64,000 nt of DNA, taken from Patescibacteria group bacterium. GTDB taxonomy: Bacteria > Patescibacteriota > Minisyncoccia > Portnoybacterales > UBA2143. The position numbers were made by a program, and so were the translations under genes. The notes under the pieces were generated by a model. The model did no database searches. It worked only from the letters and a program-made list of their open reading frames with translations, and was not told where the DNA came from. Numbering within the stretch: position 1 is the stretch's first letter; each line of letters opens with the position of its first letter. The stretch is from positions 14,598 to 78,597 of the forward strand of contig JAHJSM010000002.1 in NCBI GenBank assembly GCA_018830295.1. Reading direction: 5' to 3'. Below are positions 1 to 8,817 of this stretch, in pieces.

Positions 1-941
1 AACATTTAAAAGAATTGGCTGAACATAGCCAGGCGATCGCGCGACAATTCATTCCTTCTCGAGAAGAAGAAAAGAAGGGGAAGATAACGGTCGCCGACCC
101 GCTGTTGGAAGATGAGCATACAGCGGTCAGGGGTTTGGTGCATAAATATTCCAATCGCGCTTTGATTTTGCTAACGATGAATTGCGCGGCTTATTGCCGT
201 TTTTGCACGCGCCGACGGAGCGTTTCCGACATTCAAAAAGGCGTAATTTCCGACTATGATTTGGACCAGATGGTCAATTATCTTAAAAAAAATCCTAAGA
301 TAAAGGAGTTAATTTTATCGGGCGGAGATCCTTTAACCACGCCTCAAATTTTGGAAAAGGCGTTGCGAAAATTCACTAAATTGCCGCAGATAAAAATCAT
401 TCGCGTCGGGACGCGCTTGCCTGTCTCCGACCCTAAGATGGTGAACAGAAAAGTTTTGTCGGCTTTGAGCGTCGTCAAAAACCAACCCCTTTATCTGATG
501 CTCCATTTTGAGCACCCAGACGAAATTACGCCGGCGACAATCAAGGCGGTCAAAAAATTAAAACAGGTTTCAAGCATGATGTTTTCCCAATCGGTCTTTT
601 TGAAGGGGGTCAATGATGATGTTTATGTCTTATCTGAATTGTTTTCCAAATTGGTTGAGATCGGCGTCAAGCCGTATTATATCTATCGCTGCGATTATGT
701 TGAAGGAGCCGAACATTTTATTGTTGATTTTAACAAAGAAATTGAGATTATGAGCAAACTTCGCGCGCGGTTGAGCGGGTTGGCTTTTCCTTCTTATGTG
801 ATTGATATCGCTGGCGGAGAAGGAAAAATTCCAGTCCCGCTTGATTTTTGGAAGTTTGACCGAAACCGTTATCAAGATTTCACCGGTAAAAAAATCGCGC
901 GGCCAAAAAAAGCAGCCCTATGTTCGCGGGCTGCTTTTTGA
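1..941 (+). CDS. KamA/EpmB-family radical SAM protein (lysine 2,3-aminomutase-like), 5'-partial at window edge
   Basis: CAAYCRFCTRR matches the KamA-type CxxxCxxC cluster motif followed by RR; no in-frame stop between window start and the TTG at 15, so the N-terminus is probably outside the window. Confidence 0.7.
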   Translation, partial: HLKELAEHSQAIARQFIPSREEEKKGKITVADPLLEDEHTAVRGLVHKYSNRALILLTMNCAAYCRFCTRRRSVSDIQKGVISDYDLDQMVNYLKKNPKIKELILSGGDPLTTPQILEKALRKFTKLPQIKIIRVGTRLPVSDPKMVNRKVLSALSVVKNQPLYLMLHFEHPDEITPATIKAVKKLKQVSSMMFSQSVFLKGVNDDVYVLSELFSKLVEIGVKPYYIYRCDYVEGAEHFIVDFNKEIEIMSKLRARLSGLAFPSYVIDIAGGEGKIPVPLDFWKFDRNRYQDFTGKKIARPKKAALCSRAAF

Positions 942-1610
942 TTAAATCTTATACTTAATTATGATTCCATACTGTTCCAATTGGAAATCAGTTTGGCTTC
1001 CATCTCCTCCAAATTCTTTTTGAGTGTAAAACAATTCGAAATCAATTTTTCCTCGCGTCATCCCGGCGTTTATGGCTATTCCTAATTTTCCATCAGGTTC
1101 CTGGCCGCTGTCTGTGTCTGACCAAAAAGGCAAGAGACCTCCGGCTTCCAAATAATAATTTTTGTATTTCGCGCCAAGCCCGAAAAATGTTTTTATAAAG
1201 TTAAGATCTCCATAAAATCTGTCTTGGTCTCCGTCGTCAGGAGAATTTCTTCTCCATCTTTCAAATCCCAATCCCGCAAACGGATAGATCTCGGTCTCTG
1301 GATTAGGGTAAAAGCGGTAACTTAATTTTCCCGAAACATCAATCCCATCGTGCGGTATTTCTCGGTCTTCATCTGTTGGCTCTGTCATTGCCCAACATTC
1401 CGCGATAAGCTCCTTTCGCAATTTGCCGTCGGAGATTACATTTACTCCGACTCCCATCATGATTTTGTGGCCCGTAGCCATCTGATGGTCTTCTTCGGAA
1501 GCATCAATTGTTCCTAATTTGAAATACGGCTTAACATCAAACGCGCAAGCCGCACTTGCGATAACTGACAACATAACGAGCGAGAGAAAAATAACAAAAA
1601 AATTTTTCAT
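942..1610 (-). CDS. secreted hypothetical protein (N-terminal signal peptide; Gly/Tyr/Phe-rich, probably beta-rich)
   Basis: N-terminus MKNFFVIFLSLVMLSVIASAACA is a hydrophobic signal peptide; no recognisable catalytic motif. Confidence 0.4.
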   Translation of the reverse strand: MKNFFVIFLSLVMLSVIASAACAFDVKPYFKLGTIDASEEDHQMATGHKIMMGVGVNVISDGKLRKELIAECWAMTEPTDEDREIPHDGIDVSGKLSYRFYPNPETEIYPFAGLGFERWRRNSPDDGDQDRFYGDLNFIKTFFGLGAKYKNYYLEAGGLLPFWSDTDSGQEPDGKLGIAINAGMTRGKIDFELFYTQKEFGGDGSQTDFQLEQYGIIIKYKI

Positions 1611-1715
1611 TTCAACCTCCTTTTTGAGCGTTTAATTTAAAAAATTGATTATTGACAAGGAACTGTTTGAACCAGGATATACTACATTCTTTTTTATTTT
1701 TTGTAAAGACCTCGC

Positions 1716-1728
1716 GTGTGTGGTATAA
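1716..1728 (+). promoter_or_regulatory. extended -10 promoter element TGTGGTATAAT upstream of rlmN
   Basis: TGnTATAAT-like sequence 25 nt upstream of ATG at 1753; identical 21-nt TGGTATAATCAAAACATAATA recurs at 42340. Confidence 0.4.
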
Positions 1729-1752
1729 TCAAAACATAATATAAATAATTTT

Positions 1753-2778
1753 ATGAAAATAAAAGAAGTAAGCGAATTTTTGAAGAGCAATCAAGTCCCT
1801 GATTATAGATTAGGGCAGATTATTAAGGCCGTTTATCAGGACGGCGTTTCTGATTTTTCTGAAATTACGACCATTTCCAAAGAGTTGAGGGAAAAGATGG
1901 GACGGGAGATAAAAATGCTTTCTTTTGAAGTTAAGAAGGTTTTGGAATCGCGCGATAAAAAATCTTTTAAGGCGTTATTAAAATTGGCGGACGGCAATCA
2001 AATTGAAACGGTCTTATTGAGCGCTGTCAAAAATCATTGGTCGGCTTGCGTCTCATCTCAAGCGGGCTGCGCTTTGGGCTGCAGGTTTTGCGCGACAGGA
2101 AAATTGGGATTTAAAAGAAATTTAAAAAGCGAAGAGATAACCGACCAGGTTTTGTTTTGGAAACAGTACATCAGAAAGAATCATTTAGCCGGTAGTTTTC
2201 AAAGTATTGTTTTTATGGGCATGGGCGAGCCGTTTATGAATTACGAAGAGGTAAGCAAGAGCGTAAAAAAATTAATTGACGCAGGATTATTTAATTTCGG
2301 AGCAAGGCATATTTCCATATCTACCGCGGGATTGCCCAAAGGCATCAAGAGATTTGCTAAAGATTTTCCACAAGTCAATTTAGCGATTTCGTTGACGGCG
2401 GCTGATGATAAGAAGCGGTCCGATATTATGCCGATTAATAAAAGATATAAATTGTCGGAAATAAGAAGGGCCTTGGATTATTATTTTGAAAAAAACAACC
2501 GCAAAGTTTTTCTTGAATATATTATGCTGGAGGATGTGAACGACAAGCGCGAGGACGCGGATAATTTGATAGAATTTATCAATTCAAATTTAAAGCCGAG
2601 ACTTTTGCATGTTAATTTAATCCGCTATAATACGGCGGCGGGCGGGCTGAAGCCGTCAAACGAGGCGAAAGTGGATTGGTTTAAGGATTACTTAGGCAAA
2701 AATAAAATCAGCGCAACCGTAAGAAAAAGTTTAGGCGAAGAAATCAAAGCCGCCTGCGGACAATTGGCGGGAAAATAG
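1753..2778 (+). CDS. rlmN: 23S rRNA/tRNA adenine-C2 methyltransferase RlmN (radical SAM)
   Basis: GCALGCRFCATG CxxxCxxC motif plus C-terminal ...ACGQL typical of the RlmN/Cfr family; length 341 aa. Confidence 0.85.
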   Translation: MKIKEVSEFLKSNQVPDYRLGQIIKAVYQDGVSDFSEITTISKELREKMGREIKMLSFEVKKVLESRDKKSFKALLKLADGNQIETVLLSAVKNHWSACVSSQAGCALGCRFCATGKLGFKRNLKSEEITDQVLFWKQYIRKNHLAGSFQSIVFMGMGEPFMNYEEVSKSVKKLIDAGLFNFGARHISISTAGLPKGIKRFAKDFPQVNLAISLTAADDKKRSDIMPINKRYKLSEIRRALDYYFEKNNRKVFLEYIMLEDVNDKREDADNLIEFINSNLKPRLLHVNLIRYNTAAGGLKPSNEAKVDWFKDYLGKNKISATVRKSLGEEIKAACGQLAGK

Positions 2779-2781
2779 ATG

Positions 2782-2808
2782 TTCGGCTATCCGATAGCCG
2801 ACTTTTTA
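2782..2808 (+). terminator. hairpin TCGGCTATCCGATAGCCGA followed by a T-tract (intrinsic terminator; member of the TTCGGCT...AGCCGAA hairpin family)
   Basis: perfect inverted repeat directly after the rlmN stop, followed by CTTTTT. Confidence 0.5.
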
Positions 2809-2912
2809 AAGTTATACGGGGTTGTAATTTTTTTTTGATAATTTATAATAGAATAAAAACAAAAGGTCGAGTTTTAGTTGAGTTAATTTAATTTATTATT
2901 AAGAAACAAAAT

Positions 2913-5126
2913 ATGAAAAAAATTTTAATTTTTAGTTTAGTTTTGGGAGTAGCGTTAGTTGTTGGTTTGGTTGGCGGCGTCGGCGCGGTGACGCCAATTT
3001 ATGTTGATGACGATTGTGGAACAACACAAGACGGCACAATAGATAATCCTTATTGCACCATTAATGATGCGCTTGTTGCTGCAACTACTGGCGACACGAT
3101 TGAGGTCGCGGCTGGGACTTATACGAATGATATTTGGGATGGTTTGTTAACAGGAAACGATAGATATAGAATTAAAAAAAGTGTCACATTGCTCGGCGCT
3201 CAAGCAGGTGTTGACCCTAACGGACTTACAAGTAGAGGCGAAGAAACAATTCTTGTCAGGACTAACGGTGTTCAGTATTCATTATATGCTTCTGATATAA
3301 CTATTGATGGGTTTATGATTGGTAGTTCAGATGCGAATACTGGCGGACGATTAATAATTTCTGATGTAGCAGATAATGCAATAATAAGAAATTGTATTAT
3401 TCAGAACACGCCAAGCACATCTTCTGGTCATGGAGTTTATATCTATTCAGGAGCAGACAATGCTTTGGTTGAATATAATACATTCTCAAATACTGCATGG
3501 GAAGCTATCGCAAGTTATGGCGCTTCAAATGCTGTGATTACTCACAATTACATTTCCAACTCTGGACAACATGCGATACAATTTATGGGACATTCAGGAA
3601 GTGATAATGAAATCAGCTACAACCACATTTCAGGTATTGTTGACAAGAATGCCATACAGTACTGGGGTGGTTCAGGAGCTATTATAACTCATAACATGAT
3701 TGTCGGTGAAGGAACTATGTATGATGGAATATGGTTGGATGCTGCTGCTGACGAGAGTACTGTAAGTAACAACCAGATTTTCGATACAGTATATGCGGGA
3801 ATAAATGTAAGGGGTGATTGTACAGATGCAACTGTTACATATAATAATATTTCTGGTTGTGGAACGGGGGTAGATGTTGTGGGGTCAATAACCGGAACTG
3901 TAATAAACTTTAATGCCATTCATGGAAATGGAATGGGTGTCTCTAATTATTACAGCACTGATATAATCAATGCAGAATTCAACTGGTGGGGAGATGATAG
4001 TGGTCCAACTCACTCTACAAATCCATCTGGAATAGGTGATGCGGTTAGCGATAATGTGGATTTTACTCCATGGTGGAATGTTAGTAATGAGGAAGTTGTC
4101 AAAATAGATATTAAACCAGGAAGTGATACAAACAGTATAAATCTTGGTAGTAAGGGCGTTGTATCTGTGGCAGTATTAACTACAAATTACTTTGATGTTA
4201 GCACCATTAATGAGGCTACAGTAACATTTGCTGGTGCTCCACAAGTGAAGGTGATTTTGGAGGACAGGGATGGAGATGGTGATTTGGATATGGTATTTCA
4301 TTTTAGGACACAAGATTTGGGTTTAGATGAGAATAGCACTGAAGCCACTCTTTGTGGTGATTATTCTTATAATGAAATCCTGACACAATCTTTCCGTGGC
4401 ACAGATACGGTGAATATTGTACCGACAAAAACTTCTGCGAAAAAACAAAAACAGAACTCAATGATGAATCAGGATTCTGAAAGCGCGTCATATACGACAT
4501 ACCACGGCAATGGTATTTACAGCACTACACATTTGTTAAGAAAAGATGAGATAAAACCGGAAAAGGCTCCAAAGAAAGCAGTTACACAAGGTCCGACTCT
4601 TTACAAATTGATGGGGGTAAAATGGGCAAGTACGCCAGATTATGTGGCGCAGAGTGACTTGCTTGTTATAGCAGCAACAGCTTCTATAACAACATGGAAT
4701 AATGCAACTGAATTTGGTTTGCTTGGCGTTGGAAGTGTTAATGCAGACATCCCCTTTGAAGCGTTTGATGAAGACGGAAAATTAATAACTGATGGATTTA
4801 ATTCCTACACTTACGGAAATTATCCACTATCAGGCGTAATAGCGGTTTGTAGAACATGGTGGAATGCAGCTGGCGAAATCATTGAATATGATATTATGTT
4901 TGATGATGATTTTGCATGGGGAGATGCGACAGATGATTCAACAGTAATGGATTTGCAGAATATCGCGACGCATGAAATTGGTCACGCTTTTGGCTTGCTT
5001 GATTTGTATAATCGTCCATCCGTGGAGCAGACAATGTATGGATATAGCGGATATGGAGAAACCAAAAAGCGAGATTTAGAAGTAGGCGATATCGCAGGAA
5101 TTCAGGCATTGTACGGAAATAACTAA
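2913..5126 (+). CDS. secreted parallel beta-helix repeat protein with C-terminal metzincin-type zinc metalloprotease domain
   Basis: signal peptide; multiple NxxG/ITHN beta-helix-like repeats (AIITHNMIVG, NAVITHNYISN); C-terminal HEIGHAFGLLDLY equals HExxHxxGxxH followed by a Met-turn-like MYGY. Confidence 0.6.
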   Translation: MKKILIFSLVLGVALVVGLVGGVGAVTPIYVDDDCGTTQDGTIDNPYCTINDALVAATTGDTIEVAAGTYTNDIWDGLLTGNDRYRIKKSVTLLGAQAGVDPNGLTSRGEETILVRTNGVQYSLYASDITIDGFMIGSSDANTGGRLIISDVADNAIIRNCIIQNTPSTSSGHGVYIYSGADNALVEYNTFSNTAWEAIASYGASNAVITHNYISNSGQHAIQFMGHSGSDNEISYNHISGIVDKNAIQYWGGSGAIITHNMIVGEGTMYDGIWLDAAADESTVSNNQIFDTVYAGINVRGDCTDATVTYNNISGCGTGVDVVGSITGTVINFNAIHGNGMGVSNYYSTDIINAEFNWWGDDSGPTHSTNPSGIGDAVSDNVDFTPWWNVSNEEVVKIDIKPGSDTNSINLGSKGVVSVAVLTTNYFDVSTINEATVTFAGAPQVKVILEDRDGDGDLDMVFHFRTQDLGLDENSTEATLCGDYSYNEILTQSFRGTDTVNIVPTKTSAKKQKQNSMMNQDSESASYTTYHGNGIYSTTHLLRKDEIKPEKAPKKAVTQGPTLYKLMGVKWASTPDYVAQSDLLVIAATASITTWNNATEFGLLGVGSVNADIPFEAFDEDGKLITDGFNSYTYGNYPLSGVIAVCRTWWNAAGEIIEYDIMFDDDFAWGDATDDSTVMDLQNIATHEIGHAFGLLDLYNRPSVEQTMYGYSGYGETKKRDLEVGDIAGIQALYGNN

Positions 5127-5198
5127 GAATAGTTTTTCCTATGCGGGGGTGGGTTTTTTGGACCTGCTCCCGCGTTTGAGGAATTAGAAATACAAATT

Positions 5199-6314
5199 AT
5201 GAAAAAACAATTTAATATCTTGGCGGTTGGTATGGTTATGGTTGGATTAACCGCAGGTTTGCTTGGCATGGTTATGTTTTCTGAGGCGGCGTCGGTTGAT
5301 AAGAATCAGGATTCTTATCAAGAAGCGCCAAAACCCATACATGCCACTAATATAAAAATAGCTAAAAAAATTCCCGCTTCCTTGGTGGGAGAAGATGTAA
5401 GGGGTGTGTCAGAAGTTATTCCAAGGGAATATAATAAGCCCGATTTTTCAGAAAGAGTGGCAACGGGAGTTTTGGGACCGATAGCAATAGGCAATAAATA
5501 CGCCGTGGTGATCGGGATTTGTGATTATCCAGAAGGAGGAGAAATTAGCGATATTTGTCTTTCAGACGGCGATTCTTACAATATGGTAACAGCGCTTATT
5601 GAAAATTATGGATATGATCCAGAGAATATTTATTGGTTTAGAGATATGGGCGGCAAGATTGATGTTAATAATGTTAATATTAGCTATGGGATTCCTACTC
5701 ATGAGAATATCGGAAAAGCCGTGATGGAAATAAAAAATAAAATAAGTCCAAATGACGAAGTGGTGTTTTTCTTCAGCGGACACGGAGTAAGCGGAACAGT
5801 TAACGATGGCACTGTAGAATATGAAAATGACGGAGAAATTATAGACGAAGGAATTGTGGTTCATGACAGCGACGGAGAAATGGACGGAGATGGCTATTCA
5901 ACATTAGATTTTATTTGGGATGGGGAACTAAGAAGTTGGTTTTACGATTTCGGCACAGAAAGAATTGTTTTTATATTTGATACTTGTCTTGCGGGCGGGA
6001 TGAATGATGTGACTCGTGATGAGAATAATGAAATTTATAGCAATCGGATTATTGTTATGTCGTCTGAAGAAACTCAATCTTCTTATGTGTTTTCATACGG
6101 AGATTTTGGAGAAGGGATGTTTAGCCGCCATTTTGTTAACGAAGGAATGTTGCAGGGTTTAGCAGACGGGTATAATCAAATTCAAACAACAGATGGCAAT
6201 GTGGCTGTGGAAGAAGCGTTTGATTATGCTAAAGAAAATATGCCTTCTTATTTATTAAAGTTTAGACAGACACCTGTAATCAGCGATATGTTTGATAACG
6301 ATTTGGTTTTATAA
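5199..6314 (+). CDS. membrane-anchored/secreted caspase-like cysteine peptidase (clan CD, C14/C13-like)
   Basis: N-terminal hydrophobic segment; ordered His-Gly (FFFSGHGVSG) and Cys (FIFDTCLAGGM) catalytic dyad context as in the caspase/legumain/gingipain fold. Confidence 0.5.
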   Translation: MKKQFNILAVGMVMVGLTAGLLGMVMFSEAASVDKNQDSYQEAPKPIHATNIKIAKKIPASLVGEDVRGVSEVIPREYNKPDFSERVATGVLGPIAIGNKYAVVIGICDYPEGGEISDICLSDGDSYNMVTALIENYGYDPENIYWFRDMGGKIDVNNVNISYGIPTHENIGKAVMEIKNKISPNDEVVFFFSGHGVSGTVNDGTVEYENDGEIIDEGIVVHDSDGEMDGDGYSTLDFIWDGELRSWFYDFGTERIVFIFDTCLAGGMNDVTRDENNEIYSNRIIVMSSEETQSSYVFSYGDFGEGMFSRHFVNEGMLQGLADGYNQIQTTDGNVAVEEAFDYAKENMPSYLLKFRQTPVISDMFDNDLVL

Positions 6315-6426
6315 ACCACAAGAAATAGCCGCGCTGTTTGTAATTTTGACGGGCAAACAAACCAAAAACTACTTCTAAAGAACAGGAGTAGTTTTAGCTT
6401 TTGTAATTGCGCGCTGGGTGTATAAC

Positions 6427-6457
6427 GGGGGCTGCCCCCGCCGCGGGGGCAGCCCCC
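6427..6457. repeat. GC-rich paired palindrome GGGGGCTGCCCCC-GCCGC-GGGGGCAGCCCCC (repeat family copy 1)
   Basis: perfect 13-nt inverted arms; identical copy at 62789-62819. Confidence 0.8.
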
Positions 6458-6810
6458 AAGCAAGTTCCCTAATTTATTCCCAGTGAGCAGTTACATCTTT
6501 TTTAATTGACTTTTTGGGTGAAAGATTGTAGTTTGTTGTATGGGTTTATAAGCACATTAACATTAAAATAAAGGGGGTATAATATGCCAATGTCAGATGA
6601 TTTTAGAGAGAGATTGCGGGGAATTTTGCCGGAGATAATTAGAATTTTCAAGACGCCTTTTATCCTTTATGACGAGAAAGGAATCCGAAATGGATTTAGA
6701 AAAGTGTTTGAAAACTTTGAAGGCGTGATTCCTTTGATGACTATTTTTCCACACTGTCAGGAGGCAGTGTCGGAGCGATTTTTAAACCATGGAAATTATA
6801 GGAGGATAAA

Positions 6811-7998
6811 ATGGCGAGAGAAAGCAGATTGCCGAAAGGCGGAGAAAATCTTTTTCAGGAAATAAAAAGAGTGTGTTTGGAAGCGGAAGCGAAGGGCGTA
6901 AAATTGTTTCGGCTTTCTATTGGACAGCCGACGGGTCCGGCTTTATTGAGCGCGAGAGAAGGCGCGGCAGAGGCGATTATGAGCGATGAAGAGTCAATGC
7001 ATGAGTATCAGGATAATGGCGAGCCGGGAGTTCCCGGTTTTAGCAAAGCGTTTGTCCAGGCAAATGTGGGGGATTTTGATTTATCGTCTATTGACGATAT
7101 CGCGTATTTGCCAATTCCTGGCATTAAACCGATGCTTGGGCTGATTCCGATGGCGTGTGGGGAGAAAGTTGTTGTTCAAACAATGACGAAACCGGGCTAT
7201 CCCACGCCAGGTGTTTGGTGTGATTATCTTAATCTTCCAAATGAACCAATTTATTTTGCCTCATGGAGCAATTTTAGATTTGACCCCAACAGGAAGGTTT
7301 GTTCTGATGTAACTAATTTGTTAATGCTTAACTATCCTCATAATCCATCTGGGCAAATTGCGACGAAAGATTGGTGGAATGATTTGTGTATATTTTGCTA
7401 TAGGCGCGGTATCCGCATATTCAATGATGCGGCATATGCCATGCTGGCTCATTCATCGGAGGCCTGCACTTTAACTGAGGTGGCCGTTGGTTTTCCAAGT
7501 CTTTCATGGGCAGAGGCCTTTTCCGCTTCCAAGATGATTGGCAATGGGACCGGCTGGCGGATTGGAGCAATGGTTGGTTCGCCTGATTTTATTGGAGACA
7601 TTGCGACGATTAAGGGGAATACTGACAGTGGGTTTAATGCGGCGTTGGCAACGGGCGTTTTGCGGGCAATCAAGGAAGATATAGGAACCGTGCGTTTGGT
7701 TGGGTTAAAATACAAAGAGCGAATCAATCGTCTTATGCTTCTTTTAACTCAAAGAGGGATGCAATTAGCGGTGGAACCAAAGGCGGGATTTTTTACCCTT
7801 TGGAAATGTCCCAAAAGGGCATTTGGCGAGGAGGTCCGAGACGCGAAGCATTTTAACTTTATGATGATTGAGCGGACGGGTATCGTTGGGGTTCATTTTG
7901 ACCCATATATCAGATATGCTGTCGTTGCTCCGATTGAAAATCCGGAATTTATGAAGGCGATTAAAGCGGCCTTTGACGAAGCGGAGGTAGAATATTAA
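6811..7998 (+). CDS. class I/II PLP-dependent aminotransferase, LL-diaminopimelate aminotransferase (DapL)-like
   Basis: N-terminal GENLFQEI...KLFRLSIGQPTGP resembles the DapL N-terminal signature; NPSG; SKMIGNGTGWRIG (PLP lysine context); RBS AGGAGG 8 nt upstream. Confidence 0.65.
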   Translation: MARESRLPKGGENLFQEIKRVCLEAEAKGVKLFRLSIGQPTGPALLSAREGAAEAIMSDEESMHEYQDNGEPGVPGFSKAFVQANVGDFDLSSIDDIAYLPIPGIKPMLGLIPMACGEKVVVQTMTKPGYPTPGVWCDYLNLPNEPIYFASWSNFRFDPNRKVCSDVTNLLMLNYPHNPSGQIATKDWWNDLCIFCYRRGIRIFNDAAYAMLAHSSEACTLTEVAVGFPSLSWAEAFSASKMIGNGTGWRIGAMVGSPDFIGDIATIKGNTDSGFNAALATGVLRAIKEDIGTVRLVGLKYKERINRLMLLLTQRGMQLAVEPKAGFFTLWKCPKRAFGEEVRDAKHFNFMMIERTGIVGVHFDPYIRYAVVAPIENPEFMKAIKAAFDEAEVEY

Positions 7999-8001
7999 AA
8001 T

Positions 8002-8034
8002 AAATGGCGGGACAAATAAGTTCCGCCATTTTTT
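8002..8034 (+). terminator. intrinsic terminator hairpin AATGGCGGGAC...TTCCGCCATT plus T-tract after the aminotransferase
   Basis: 8-bp stem followed by TTTTT; a second TTCGGCTT-TGGTAA-AGCCGAA hairpin at 8034-8058. Confidence 0.55.
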
Positions 8035-8142
8035 AATTCGGCTTTGGTAAAGCCGAATGGTTGGAGGATTGATTTTTGGGCGGGGAGGGGGTAAAATATA
8101 GGATATAAACTTAAAAGCAAGGGCTATTGACATATATCATAC

Positions 8143-8523
8143 ATGATATACAATAATAAGTATAAAGTTTTTTATTACTGTAATGGACGAAATAAACGGG
8201 CGCCGGTTTTTGAATATATTAAAAAATTGTCGTCGAAAGATAGAGCAAAAGTTTTTAAGTATATTGATTTTCTTAGAGACAACAAGGGAGTGTTAGATGA
8301 GCCATACTCTAAACATATCAAAGACAAGATTAGAGAGTTGAGGGTAGATTTTTCTCGAAACAGGCATCGTGTTTTTTATGTGGTTGTGATAGAAAAGAGA
8401 ATTATTCTTTTAAGCGCCTTTTTCAAGAAAACATCTAAAACGCCAAAACAAGAAATTATTAGGGCATTAAATAATTTTGAAGATTATAAAGTAAATAAAA
8501 GTTTAATTGAATATGAAAAATAA
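8143..8523 (+). CDS. type II toxin, RelE/ParE superfamily (HigB/Gp49-like)
   Basis: 126 aa; KIRELRVDFSRNRHRVFYVV resembles the HigB/Gp49 core; overlaps the downstream XRE antitoxin gene by 17 nt (toxin-first order as in higBA). Confidence 0.5.
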   Translation: MIYNNKYKVFYYCNGRNKRAPVFEYIKKLSSKDRAKVFKYIDFLRDNKGVLDEPYSKHIKDKIRELRVDFSRNRHRVFYVVVIEKRIILLSAFFKKTSKTPKQEIIRALNNFEDYKVNKSLIEYEK

Positions 8524-8815
8524 AATTAAAAAAATTACATATTTGTCTTTTGATAAGCATCTTGCCGAGGAATTAAAAAATCCTGAATTTAAGAAGTATT
8601 ATAATGAATACGGCAAGCAGTTGGAGATTGCTTATCAAATTTTGCAATTAAGGAAAAAGAGCAAAATGTCTCAAGCGGAATTGGCTAAGAAAATAGGGAC
8701 AAAACAAAGCAATATCGCTAGAATGGAAAAAGGTCAGCAAAATTTTACGACTGAGACGCTTCAGAGAATCGCTTCGGCTCTTGGTCGCGAGTTGAGAATT
8801 GAATTTGTAAAATAA
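8507..8815 (+). CDS. XRE-family HTH antitoxin (HigA-like)
   Basis: MSQAELAKKIGTKQSNIARMEKGQQNFTTETLQRIASALG is a canonical XRE helix-turn-helix. Confidence 0.6.
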   Translation: MNMKNKIKKITYLSFDKHLAEELKNPEFKKYYNEYGKQLEIAYQILQLRKKSKMSQAELAKKIGTKQSNIARMEKGQQNFTTETLQRIASALGRELRIEFVK

Positions 8816-8817
8816 AT

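Noticed and set aside
6584-6865. 93-aa ORF upstream of and overlapping the aminotransferase gene, with an apparent RBS
   Set aside because: Its ATG lies inside a GGGGTATAAT extended -10 promoter element. The aminotransferase has its own strong RBS at 6797-6802 and a DapL-like N-terminus starting at 6811. No protein-like features, so likely a promoter region rather than a gene.
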